Shown: piece by piece, positions 57,401 to 64,000 of the stretch | How positions within the stretch are numbered: the first letter of the stretch is position 1 | How the letters are laid out: every line of letters starts with the position of its first letter | Virus record (IMG/VR): IMGVR_UViG_3300033074_000806 | Coordinates: 1 to 64,000 of that record | Direction: 5' to 3' (one strand) | Origin: a virus | Lineage: Duplodnaviria > Caudoviricetes | DNA length: 64,000 nucleotides | Translations under genes and position numbers: made by a program | Notes under the pieces: generated by a model | What the model saw: only the letters and a program-made list of their open reading frames with translations | Database searches by the model: none | What the model was told of the DNA's origin: nothing

Positions 57401-57804
57401 AAGGATCGTTTGGGATTATAACGAATTCTATTAAATCGCTATCATCAAGCCTTGCCAGGTTTAATTACAATCCAATTACGGCAGCCAGCTTCTTAGCTAA
57501 TAGATATCGTGGAACAGCTAAACTATTATTTACCTCGTATCTAATAGAACAAGTAGTAGGATCTATAGCACAACATAGTTCTAATTTTTTGATAGCAACT
57601 TCTTGGGCAGAAGGTGCATCGGATAAGGATAAAACCGCTCAGCTTCCTGTTATATTATCGCCACTGATTTTTAATGGGGCGCCATGGACCGCTGGTCTAG
57701 AAGCTGATGATATCTTATTCAATGTTCCATTTTACGATACATACTATAACTTTCATGATCTAAAAACTGCCTTTAATGATTATATAGGAGCTTTAAATAG
57801 ATGA
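51439..57804 (+). CDS. Large baseplate hub / tail-tip protein
   Basis: IQIRLGYG...VFTGRITEV...IVAQG and MYRGTLSIRG...VKPYD...VESVIHHF hub-type segments. Confidence 0.65.
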   Translation: MTKQKINSTDIKPDYLTNAITYGNLKSSLDISNGWAGDELNSAEFYQRAVDRVMEYDNYLIDQGPSDSDSALVIGPLRYTYSVQSIEVAEQRAISAPATTRSNKPVLVDSGSAYQKASVTFTFTGEEEVNKHLRALIILFKVCPIISIENEMLSRMWSPKSAKIIEDVKRKLSTVNATSDDQALINQSYEDFKEAVRTGKNLTDYLKTNSNKAFNDSEVKAIINGIFTDSIFSLNELNYIPVCLEDLSIQTIPEIPGALNVSLGISHIDVSSSTETGVITYLGAKPGTFEVNPRRAHWLKTWIRKILNSEYNSAFPRVGVGGDYEGAFSYFKLSFYDKAIGNLLPLTGKPEDLSINSDSQSKILTQAISISNKFAYQRIVGKALPCVQHLGLTANSLTLTIQFSDSETSFDHFMQFKELSDKLFRSDSIIDRTMGWAVSSPLVQLLGHKGANVFLPLNINVNTTELPGVKNCTITLLESNVDFKENTQILLDGGGTPYNDLKAFLLGGQAITRYDDLTQTTDKRITSSFIGLFNYDQTFRNNVTPTNLATLILERSPEYQAHSVLFPKDSNGFEGIINRDSIRAMLFSSVLSNSVELREALLKLPLATGKISNSNLTLSSLDAFLIGFSDIGLFGPGSLESGKVGTLKDVASKLATELFEISSVETLEITELILLSLFGLPENAIAAINKIKGSKLKLSNKFREAIFDVIAARPSPISLLSKTYDRDGLYISFNILYLEYIASKDLYPSFDKDESFSSVNDSAWRQSCYKDIELPSYEELFGDSWRHFAPTYDDIGISYYSSRGASKPINTNENKQNNISVSAKDKVPPYVWFYNKRLKNELRKGLDSNAQGYLSLAEKRYLSMNLRTIRQSELLRSLDKNKSAELERIANGESLSNKEVKGTATRLVEIITQAYSDDLGKIDIGRFQEDLESTRDLVRQEDKLSAYDFNNSKVSKYKVFYQEYLHPSSPKKINLYFTTTGTQDDGPCGYVSSRFQVSPIAGAAYIRVMHELKYTIQKNGSLKDASPLHDEAMTTVGAGNLDVQRRNQRETTLETVKSSLSQIPDDYNSMSKLWPAAKVYFLERRGNDLIADDVYFATDSILSIDITDDKDDAPLAVIKIADPLRLIQNSTFGTGNIVSQKNLSVDGDKVSPVILGTRKANQEGFIKQRKIEQGRAIQIRLGYGANPDHLPIVFTGRITEVEPGDELTIVAQGWKAELINRQVNFYSNNRKVWGAKDLVIQTIQLADPDGMGQHIPEKEANAIISKLRNNQEGVVANSLNNAVDTILVKDSPSILTDITRLLQLDTLDIYNPDARKPGIDTRFKNIWYPDMSKTINNFFKWRQFFGIHGPDFINDYWLVPIQPAWDVIKEASRHTWNYIAQVVPYDGESTLFFGHPDQMYYYTRGQKTKIDEWKKYASQKQEELFDKVVRLVYDFKKWDDSSPTITFEDMQVRAYILQTGHRIKIGIDFADKVADDIVAGKFKYSYKAFKEAAKKDPRVIQAIKSSGVTKANIAELDNILSANSIPLLLYLFYGIKPNRLFLWPNYDKVIRTLLGPLNDSTINLYNEIKKVDTRLLELVNADVLASGVSSSSLLKARDVLDELRFQINTTKRHTIDAKDFLDQLRFHLKTTSSSLLDLLSNLDKTTKPKTVGTRFTREVKVFSAKDFSAIKAIKALTAAIELSLGSNKNVAFTSIYPTPDTATIEELLDQSDYLFKAFVGYFLQFLKSTNQKEITAVGTSIKDSTNFPNMKVFRVHHYIDSDKDIIENNIVATTTQMWNTVVINRPAENPADTTITDGTQLNQGTQVKTTVNWVYWPKPAISKVIGLQFHPGISLANKKVKLCTELNCISDELAAKLACNNLAEGIKKMYRGTLSIRGRYVKPYDRIVLNDRFNGMKGPLEVESVIHHFNPQVGWVTNIIPQAVCDSNPGAAVIQTAIIEANFERVMNVVDTFFNAAYLGTILAAPGVGTALKAVTKGVPAVFNTSLKGSFGIITNSIKSLSSSLARFNYNPITAASFLANRYRGTAKLLFTSYLIEQVVGSIAQHSSNFLIATSWAEGASDKDKTAQLPVILSPLIFNGAPWTAGLEADDILFNVPFYDTYYNFHDLKTAFNDYIGALNR

Positions 57805-58352
57805 ACTTAACTAACACAATAAGATCATCTGCAGCTATTGATAGTAGACGAGTAGCTGGTGGAACATACTGTAAAATAATAAACAGTATCAAAATTTTAA
57901 CGCTACTAAAGAAATATAACTGTATCCCAATATACACTAATATTAATCCCTTAACAGGCTATGATGTAAAATCTGGATTAGCATTCGTCGTTCCTAACCA
58001 TTCCTTATTTGCTTTTTCTCAGCTAGATGAAGCTCTGTTAACTTTATCAAGTGAACAACTTCAATTAGTCAAACTACTAAAAGAGAAGAATAAAGATAGT
58101 GAACTTACGGCAGATGATGTGGCTAAGATTAGCGCCACCATACAAGATTCGGAACAAACTATCCTTGAACAATTAAACAGCATGATACTTTTAGTAAGGC
58201 TTCGCTATGATGCTCTACTAGGTATCCCTGATGCCAGACTGCATGATGTATTTATTGAGACTCAAGAAGTTATGCCGCCCGAAGCTTATATAGTAACACG
58301 ATCAAATATTTATCAAGACCCGAATATCAATAAGGAAATTAAGCCAAGATGA
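57801..58352 (+). CDS. Hypothetical baseplate-region protein
   Basis: ATGA-coupled ORF. Confidence 0.65.
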   Translation: MNLTNTIRSSAAIDSRRVAGGTYCKIINSIKILTLLKKYNCIPIYTNINPLTGYDVKSGLAFVVPNHSLFAFSQLDEALLTLSSEQLQLVKLLKEKNKDSELTADDVAKISATIQDSEQTILEQLNSMILLVRLRYDALLGIPDARLHDVFIETQEVMPPEAYIVTRSNIYQDPNINKEIKPR

Positions 58353-58972
58353 ATCCACAATCAATAGCTGGCTCCGCTATAGGAGCAAAAACTGCAGCCC
58401 AGTCTGACCTAGAGTCAAAGGTATTGCTAGAATCAGACTTAGTAGGCTCATACAACGATCAAAATATTGATACTATTAATGCTACAAAGTTTCCTACTGC
58501 CGATAATAGCGTAGCTTATCTGGCGAATGGCACTGTGAGCATATCAAAAGAAGACGGCAGATTTGTGTTTAGCAACAACTCGCCCAGACCTTCACCTGGT
58601 GCTTTAAGACTAGATCAAGGAAAAGGAACCATTACCTCTACAGCTACAGAGATGAAAATTGGTTCAGAGACTATCAAAACTTTGACAGGATTAATAATGA
58701 ATCCTTCATTGGTTATTAGGCCAAGTAGTAATATAACTCCAGAAAAACAATGGCTAAAAAGTCTTTTCCCAATCTTAACAGATAGCGATTATCGTTGTAT
58801 TTTTATGTATAGGCTCATACAGGCCAGCTTATTTGCCGCCCTAAAAGCTCTAGATACTACAAAAAATAAAACAAGTTATCAAGAACATCGATCCTATAAA
58901 GACCTTGGAACTCAGATAATTGAGAACCAAGAACTTGAAAGAAAAATACTCGACGGTAAGATAAAAAATTGA
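58349..58972 (+). CDS. Hypothetical baseplate-region protein (possible spike)
   Basis: ATGA-coupled; beta-strand-like middle; position before gp25-like gene. Confidence 0.5.
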   Translation: MNPQSIAGSAIGAKTAAQSDLESKVLLESDLVGSYNDQNIDTINATKFPTADNSVAYLANGTVSISKEDGRFVFSNNSPRPSPGALRLDQGKGTITSTATEMKIGSETIKTLTGLIMNPSLVIRPSSNITPEKQWLKSLFPILTDSDYRCIFMYRLIQASLFAALKALDTTKNKTSYQEHRSYKDLGTQIIENQELERKILDGKIKN

Positions 58973-59000
58973 CTGTAAAAAATATTCGCTAAAATAACAT

Positions 59001-59441
59001 ATGAATACCTACTTTCTTCAAGATATAGGCGCAACCTTTTCAGGAGATCTAGTCATAGATTCAAAAGGTGATTTAAAGCTAGCGGACTCATACGAAACCC
59101 AAAAATCACTGACAAATTTTTGGCTCCGTACAGATCAAGGTGAGTATGTTCCTAACCCTTCTGTTGGCTGCAACTTAGGATCATTTATCGGTGAACAGAA
59201 CTCAGCCAAGAATCTTGGTCTAATTGAATCCCAAACTTATAATATTTTAGTTAGGAATATTTGGCAGGCTGAGGATATAAAAATTAGAGTTGTCCCATTG
59301 GATCATCAAGAATTAATGATAGCCTTACAGCTTAGAGGTAAGTTTGCTAATTCAAGCGGCAACTTTATTAATATAATTCCTGAAGTAATAGCCTATTCTT
59401 TTCCATATATCACAGCTGAACCAACTCCTATTATAGAATAA
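59001..59441 (+). CDS. Baseplate wedge / sheath initiator (gp25-like)
   Basis: GDLVIDSKGDL...LRTDQGEY..NPSVGCNLGSFIGE. Confidence 0.75.
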   Translation: MNTYFLQDIGATFSGDLVIDSKGDLKLADSYETQKSLTNFWLRTDQGEYVPNPSVGCNLGSFIGEQNSAKNLGLIESQTYNILVRNIWQAEDIKIRVVPLDHQELMIALQLRGKFANSSGNFINIIPEVIAYSFPYITAEPTPIIE

Positions 59442-59445
59442 TCAT

Positions 59446-60600
59446 ATGGGAATAAGACCAAGAACATATAATGAAATGGTATCCGATGCCATAACTTACC
59501 TATCAAATAATACTAATATAACATATCTAGAAGCAGGATCTATTGCCAGAGCATTAGTAGACGCTACTATGCTAGAAGTCGCTAAGCTACAAGATTTCGT
59601 AGTTACTAATTTTGAAAACTCATTTCTTTCAAATGCTAAAGGGCCATATTTAGATATCATTGGTAATAGCTTTGGTATAGCTAGAAAGCTAGAAGGTCGT
59701 GCCAAAGTTTACAAAGAAGATGCTGCCATTAGGTTCTACGTAAGATCTGGAACACTCGGCCAAAGACTTCCACATCCAACGGATAATACAAAAGGACTAA
59801 TTCCAGCAAACACGACTGTAACTAATCCTGACGGAACTGCACAATATTCAGTATCAGAAGACTTGTTGTTTCCAATCAATGCCAAAAGTGTTTATGTAGA
59901 CGCTATAGCCAGCTCAACTGGATCTGCAGGAAACATTGGCGTAAATCAATTAACCGTCAATAGCTTAAACATTTCTGATGTCTACTCTACTAACGATATT
60001 ACTATTACCGTAGGATCAGATCAAGAATCTGATGATGCCTATAGGTATAGAATAAGTAAGGCTTTTACTACCAAGTTTGGTGCTACTTCAGCTTCTATAG
60101 CTACAGCCGCTAATTCAATTGCTGGCGTATCAGTTTCGGAGCTAGTCCCATTTGCTAGAGGAGCTGGAACTTTTGATGTCTTATTAGTTCCTCGTGGCAA
60201 TAGATTAAGTAAATCCACTAAAGATCAGGCTTTGCGCGCAATCGAGTCTGTGACTGCTTATGGCATCTCAGCTAGAATAAAAGAGCCAGAGTATATACCT
60301 ATCTGTTTAACTGTTAAGTTGCGCTTTGCTTCAGGAACTGAGCAGGGTGAACAAACTGCGTTAAGAGATTTAGTCCAGAGTGTTATATTGAACTTCTTAG
60401 GTGGTATAAAAATAGGTGGCGAATTAATTATTAATCAACTAAAAGCTGCCATATTAAACACTAATCAGCAAATTTTAGATGTCAATATATTAGAGCTTTG
60501 CATAGACGGTCGGCCCCGAGGTATACGGGATTATAAACTGGCTAGCGATGAGCTTCTTATACCAGATGAAGACAATAGTGACCCAATACAAGTATTATAG
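59446..60600 (+). CDS. Baseplate J-like protein
   Basis: GSIARAL, AKGPYLDIIG..FGIAR, GSDQESDDAYRYRI, RGAGTFDV. Confidence 0.88.
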   Translation: MGIRPRTYNEMVSDAITYLSNNTNITYLEAGSIARALVDATMLEVAKLQDFVVTNFENSFLSNAKGPYLDIIGNSFGIARKLEGRAKVYKEDAAIRFYVRSGTLGQRLPHPTDNTKGLIPANTTVTNPDGTAQYSVSEDLLFPINAKSVYVDAIASSTGSAGNIGVNQLTVNSLNISDVYSTNDITITVGSDQESDDAYRYRISKAFTTKFGATSASIATAANSIAGVSVSELVPFARGAGTFDVLLVPRGNRLSKSTKDQALRAIESVTAYGISARIKEPEYIPICLTVKLRFASGTEQGEQTALRDLVQSVILNFLGGIKIGGELIINQLKAAILNTNQQILDVNILELCIDGRPRGIRDYKLASDELLIPDEDNSDPIQVL

Positions 60601-60603
60601 TCC

Positions 60604-61071
60604 ATGTTAAACTTTTATAAACCAATCTATAATCCCACTGGCTTAACTGGACTGTGCGGAGGAGCTATAACTACTGGAACTTTTAACGGTGTTATAAATG
60701 AAATATTCACGCACGTTTCAGCTCCACCATCTGGATCTACTGGTGTTTTCTATCAATATAGAAAAGTCTATTTAAAAAACAATTATTTGACATCAGTAAC
60801 GACAGTTGGTTTATATGTGGATGCAATAGAGCATCCAGAACAAATTCAAATTGGTATTGAGACTGGTGCAAATCAGATATGTTCTTCACCAACTGGCGCT
60901 CCTACTGGAGTGTCATTTTCTGAATATACTGGCTACCAATCATCATTACAAATAGGAACTCTAGCGGCAGGCACCTATACCGGCGTTTGGCTGCGACAAA
61001 CTTTATCAGGAATAATCCAATCAGATCCATATGCAACATTTAGGTTGTATGGTGCAGGAGTAGTAAGTTAA
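60604..61071 (+). CDS. TG-rich structural protein
   Basis: QYRKVYLKN...GVWLRQT; in baseplate module. Confidence 0.6.
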   Translation: MLNFYKPIYNPTGLTGLCGGAITTGTFNGVINEIFTHVSAPPSGSTGVFYQYRKVYLKNNYLTSVTTVGLYVDAIEHPEQIQIGIETGANQICSSPTGAPTGVSFSEYTGYQSSLQIGTLAAGTYTGVWLRQTLSGIIQSDPYATFRLYGAGVVS

Positions 61072-62702
61072 TGTATAGTATATCACCAAATTTAAACTGG
61101 AATAGTAGAACTTTATTTTCAAGTGTAGTAAATTCAGATGCCACAGGAAATGATCCAGGATATACAGTAGTTAATCTTGTTGGATCTTTAACGACTCCAA
61201 TTGGATTACAGACTACAGCTGTAGGTCTAGTGGATCAGAATGGTCAATGGACTTTAGCCCCTAAGCCTAGAACATTGCTGCCTGATCTTAGTATCTCTGG
61301 AGTATTTAACTATCCTAACTACTTCTTTTTTACTCAGCCATCTAATGTTGTTCCTATTGCCTATGGACTTGAAGTAGAAAGCTTTAAGTGTAGCACTGGA
61401 ACTTCTGTTCATGAGGCTTATACAGGAGTGGGTAAGGGCGCTTTTATTCCTACAATAGCAAATTATTTCACAGGCAAAGAGATAATAATAACTAGAGGGC
61501 AGCATGTGCCCTATGTGTTAGTAACAACAGCTACAGCTAGCTATGTTCAATCTACTGAAGCAGTTTTAAACTGCGGCTATTTTGGAACTGGAGTAGTTGG
61601 TGATTATGTTTATGTTGAGGCTGGCTCTAATGCAGGAATGGTATATAGAATAACTGGACAAGGAAATTCCTTCCTAGGTATTGAAGGAACAGATCTCTAC
61701 CTTGAGGGGCTTACCGGATCTGCAATATCTGCTGGTGATACTATATCTATTTGGCAAAGTAAACACATTACTGGAGAAAATAGTAACTATTATTACTTAC
61801 GGAATCGTAACCCACTATATCCAAACACTGTTTCTTTAGTAGGAACTCAAGGCTATTGTCCTGGTGGACAGATAGTTGCTGGTAGCTCTATTAATGGATT
61901 TAGAGAATACGTGGTAACATCTTCAGCCATAACAGGACAGAATGGTATTGTTTATGGTTCCAAGTTAAGAGAAGGCGATTACATTGTCTACACTAAGGCT
62001 GGTGGCGCGACATTAGATACAGCACAAATAGCTGGCTATAATAGCGCAGGCGGCATAGATACATTTTTCTTAAAGACAGGTGCAGGCAACGTAGGAATAA
62101 TTGACACCACTAATGCTACTGTATTCCTATTAAGTAATAACTACGTAGTAGCCAATGGCCCATTCCCAGGTGGTAAATATTCAGCCGTCCTAATGTCTGG
62201 CTTTTTACCATATAACAATAGCTTTGTATTACGTCCTGCTCCAACTTATACAGGCACTCAATACACTGGATCATTTAAAACTTTGCACGTAGAGAAAGTC
62301 GCTCAGGATGATATTTCTGTTGAAATCAGCTTTAACGAATATGATAGCAATGTAACTTCGATTGGCTCCAGAGCTCACTTCCATATAGGCCCTATATACT
62401 ATGGTAGCGAAATATTGACAGCCGGTGTATCTGGTTGTAGAGCCACACTCTACTCGCCACAGAGCAGCGCCCTAAACAGCATAAAGACTTGGACTATTCC
62501 AGCTAACTATGGAGTCGCCACAAAGTCTGGTTCAACACAAGACGGATCTTACTACGATTCCACTAGAGGCGTGTTTGTTCTAACCTATAATGCTGGTATA
62601 CAATTTGATCAAGCTAGAACCTATACTCTAGATGTTGAGGTTGTTGTAAATGGCCAGGTAATCAAACGCGTCATACCAGTTCCAACACAGCCTCCAATCT
62701 AA
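61071..62702 (+). CDS. Tail fibre / baseplate-associated structural protein
   Basis: 543 aa rich in G/T/S/Y; position. Confidence 0.55.
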   Translation: MYSISPNLNWNSRTLFSSVVNSDATGNDPGYTVVNLVGSLTTPIGLQTTAVGLVDQNGQWTLAPKPRTLLPDLSISGVFNYPNYFFFTQPSNVVPIAYGLEVESFKCSTGTSVHEAYTGVGKGAFIPTIANYFTGKEIIITRGQHVPYVLVTTATASYVQSTEAVLNCGYFGTGVVGDYVYVEAGSNAGMVYRITGQGNSFLGIEGTDLYLEGLTGSAISAGDTISIWQSKHITGENSNYYYLRNRNPLYPNTVSLVGTQGYCPGGQIVAGSSINGFREYVVTSSAITGQNGIVYGSKLREGDYIVYTKAGGATLDTAQIAGYNSAGGIDTFFLKTGAGNVGIIDTTNATVFLLSNNYVVANGPFPGGKYSAVLMSGFLPYNNSFVLRPAPTYTGTQYTGSFKTLHVEKVAQDDISVEISFNEYDSNVTSIGSRAHFHIGPIYYGSEILTAGVSGCRATLYSPQSSALNSIKTWTIPANYGVATKSGSTQDGSYYDSTRGVFVLTYNAGIQFDQARTYTLDVEVVVNGQVIKRVIPVPTQPPI

Positions 62703-64000
62703 ATGTTAAAGCCATCTAAGTTTGCTAGTAATCGTCCGAGACGTGGTGGTAACCTCCAACACGGTGGATTTTTATATACTCAAAGATCTACAGCGACTTA
62801 TCAAACAGAACTAACACTTACAAATGGTATTGTAAGCTTTACTTTTCAACAAGATAAAGCCACAGGCGTTCGCTTAAAGAGTTGTAAGTATCAAAATAAC
62901 GCTGAGATTTTAAATAGCACTTCATCCTTATGGGTTGTGCATGCAAACGCTGGTGAATTTGATGGAGAGTCATATGGAGTCTATCCCAGTGCCTCCACAT
63001 TCCAGTCTTCTTCTTTTGCTATACAGACGTTTTCTGGTGGCAAAAAAGCAGTATTTGTTTGGCGTAATGTCTATTTAGAACAGGATAAGAATCTATTATT
63101 TGACGCATATTATACTGTCACTTTATTAGACGGCTCTTCTCATCTCGATGCTTCTCTAGAATTAAGAGAGCCAGTAACGATATCTTCTATACCTACTATG
63201 TCTCAAGAGGTGGCTCTTGCAGCAGTATGTGTGTTGAACTTAGCCCTTCTTGATCCTACAGATGATAACAATGATAATTGGATGTTTACAACTCCAATGG
63301 GCTTAGGAGATACTGTAACTAATCCTATCAAAAATTTGAGAACTAACCTGCCTGTTCCAACTGTAAGCACAGATAATGGCAATCTAATTCAGGCTGGTGG
63401 GACTATTCTAGATGAGAACTACTACCCAGTAATTTTTTGGGCTCAGCCGACTCAATCACCAAAAGCCAGCACTTGTAGAATGTCTACAACTCATCCTGGC
63501 TTTATGTATATCCCGATGCTATCATTGGGAAATTCTTCGACTAAGAATGGTCTTTTGATCTATGCAATGGATCCAGATGGTCTTTCAGCAAAGAATTTTC
63601 AATGGTGGTCTGATGGTAGTAAGCTTCGCATACAGATCTGGGATTACTCTAACTATGAGGTAGATCCACACGGCCTAGGAGGAGAGTCTTCTATAGGTAG
63701 TCCTTATTCATTACGTTGGACTGCTAGACTTCGTCCTTTTAAGAGTCCTACAAAGCATGTTGATTTTTATGGACCCATGCTATATAGAACAGAAGCAGTT
63801 CCTAATCAAACCTATATAACTCAGCCATTATGGCAAAGAGCTTTAAGCGGGGAGATTGATCAACGAAGCGCCGAATCTACATTATTTTTACTCACTAGCT
63901 ACTTAAAAACTGGTGATGGCGCAACCTTTATTGATGCATTAACTACCTATCAAAATTTAATAAAGACCGGCTTTATGGTAGATTATACGCCATTAGTATG
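62703..64000 (+). CDS. Large structural / receptor-binding protein, partial (appears to run off the window end)
   Basis: ATG at 62703 right after previous stop; hand translation MLKPSKFASNRPRRGGNLQHGGFLYTQRSTATYQTELTLTNGIVSFTF...; absent from ORF track, consistent with no stop before window end. Confidence 0.7.
   Translation, partial: MLKPSKFASNRPRRGGNLQHGGFLYTQRSTATYQTELTLTNGIVSFTFQQDKATGVRLKSCKYQNNAEILNSTSSLWVVHANAGEFDGESYGVYPSASTFQSSSFAIQTFSGGKKAVFVWRNVYLEQDKNLLFDAYYTVTLLDGSSHLDASLELREPVTISSIPTMSQEVALAAVCVLNLALLDPTDDNNDNWMFTTPMGLGDTVTNPIKNLRTNLPVPTVSTDNGNLIQAGGTILDENYYPVIFWAQPTQSPKASTCRMSTTHPGFMYIPMLSLGNSSTKNGLLIYAMDPDGLSAKNFQWWSDGSKLRIQIWDYSNYEVDPHGLGGESSIGSPYSLRWTARLRPFKSPTKHVDFYGPMLYRTEAVPNQTYITQPLWQRALSGEIDQRSAESTLFLLTSYLKTGDGATFIDALTTYQNLIKTGFMVDYTPLV

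Noticed and set aside
339-60600. Genome-wide TAG reassignment (genetic code 15)
   Set aside because: Long genes are intact under the standard code and TAG ends genes right before the next start (14750, 22636, 60600); only one in-frame TAG seen
9660-61505. Short minus-strand ORFs within the structural operon
   Set aside because: Fully overlap well-supported + strand genes; shadow ORFs

Overview
Segment of a large myovirus-type (contractile-tail) dsDNA phage genome with two divergently transcribed arms. Right arm (+ strand, ~9.1-64 kb, AT-rich) is a morphogenesis region: trypsin-like protease, probable small terminase, a PD-(D/E)XK nuclease, then four consecutive intein-containing genes (metallophosphoesterase, large terminase, a 990-aa unknown, portal), prohead protease/scaffold, major capsid protein, neck proteins, sheath, three tube-like paralogues, chaperones, large tape-measure/ejection-type proteins, and baseplate genes. 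Left arm (- strand, 1-8.9 kb) looks like an early region. It holds a GC-rich block encoding a single-chain double-psi-beta-barrel RNA polymerase of the YonO/QDE-1 type (GGDYDGD), a tandem family of ~70-aa MKI paralogues, about 11 copies of an 18-bp palindrome CTRTCA-N6-TGAYAG mostly just upstream of genes, and a ~1.3-kb ORF-free cluster of structured RNAs including CCA-ending tRNA-like elements with the alanine G3-U70 pair. A second RNA-polymerase-like motif set (RADP...NRDVDKD) sits in a 1802-aa tail-region protein fused to a DEDDh exonuclease. My main hypothesis is a self-contained transcription system: virion RNAP + early RNAP + palindromic sites + small RNA cassette. All calls come from motif reading by eye; no database searches or folding programs were run.
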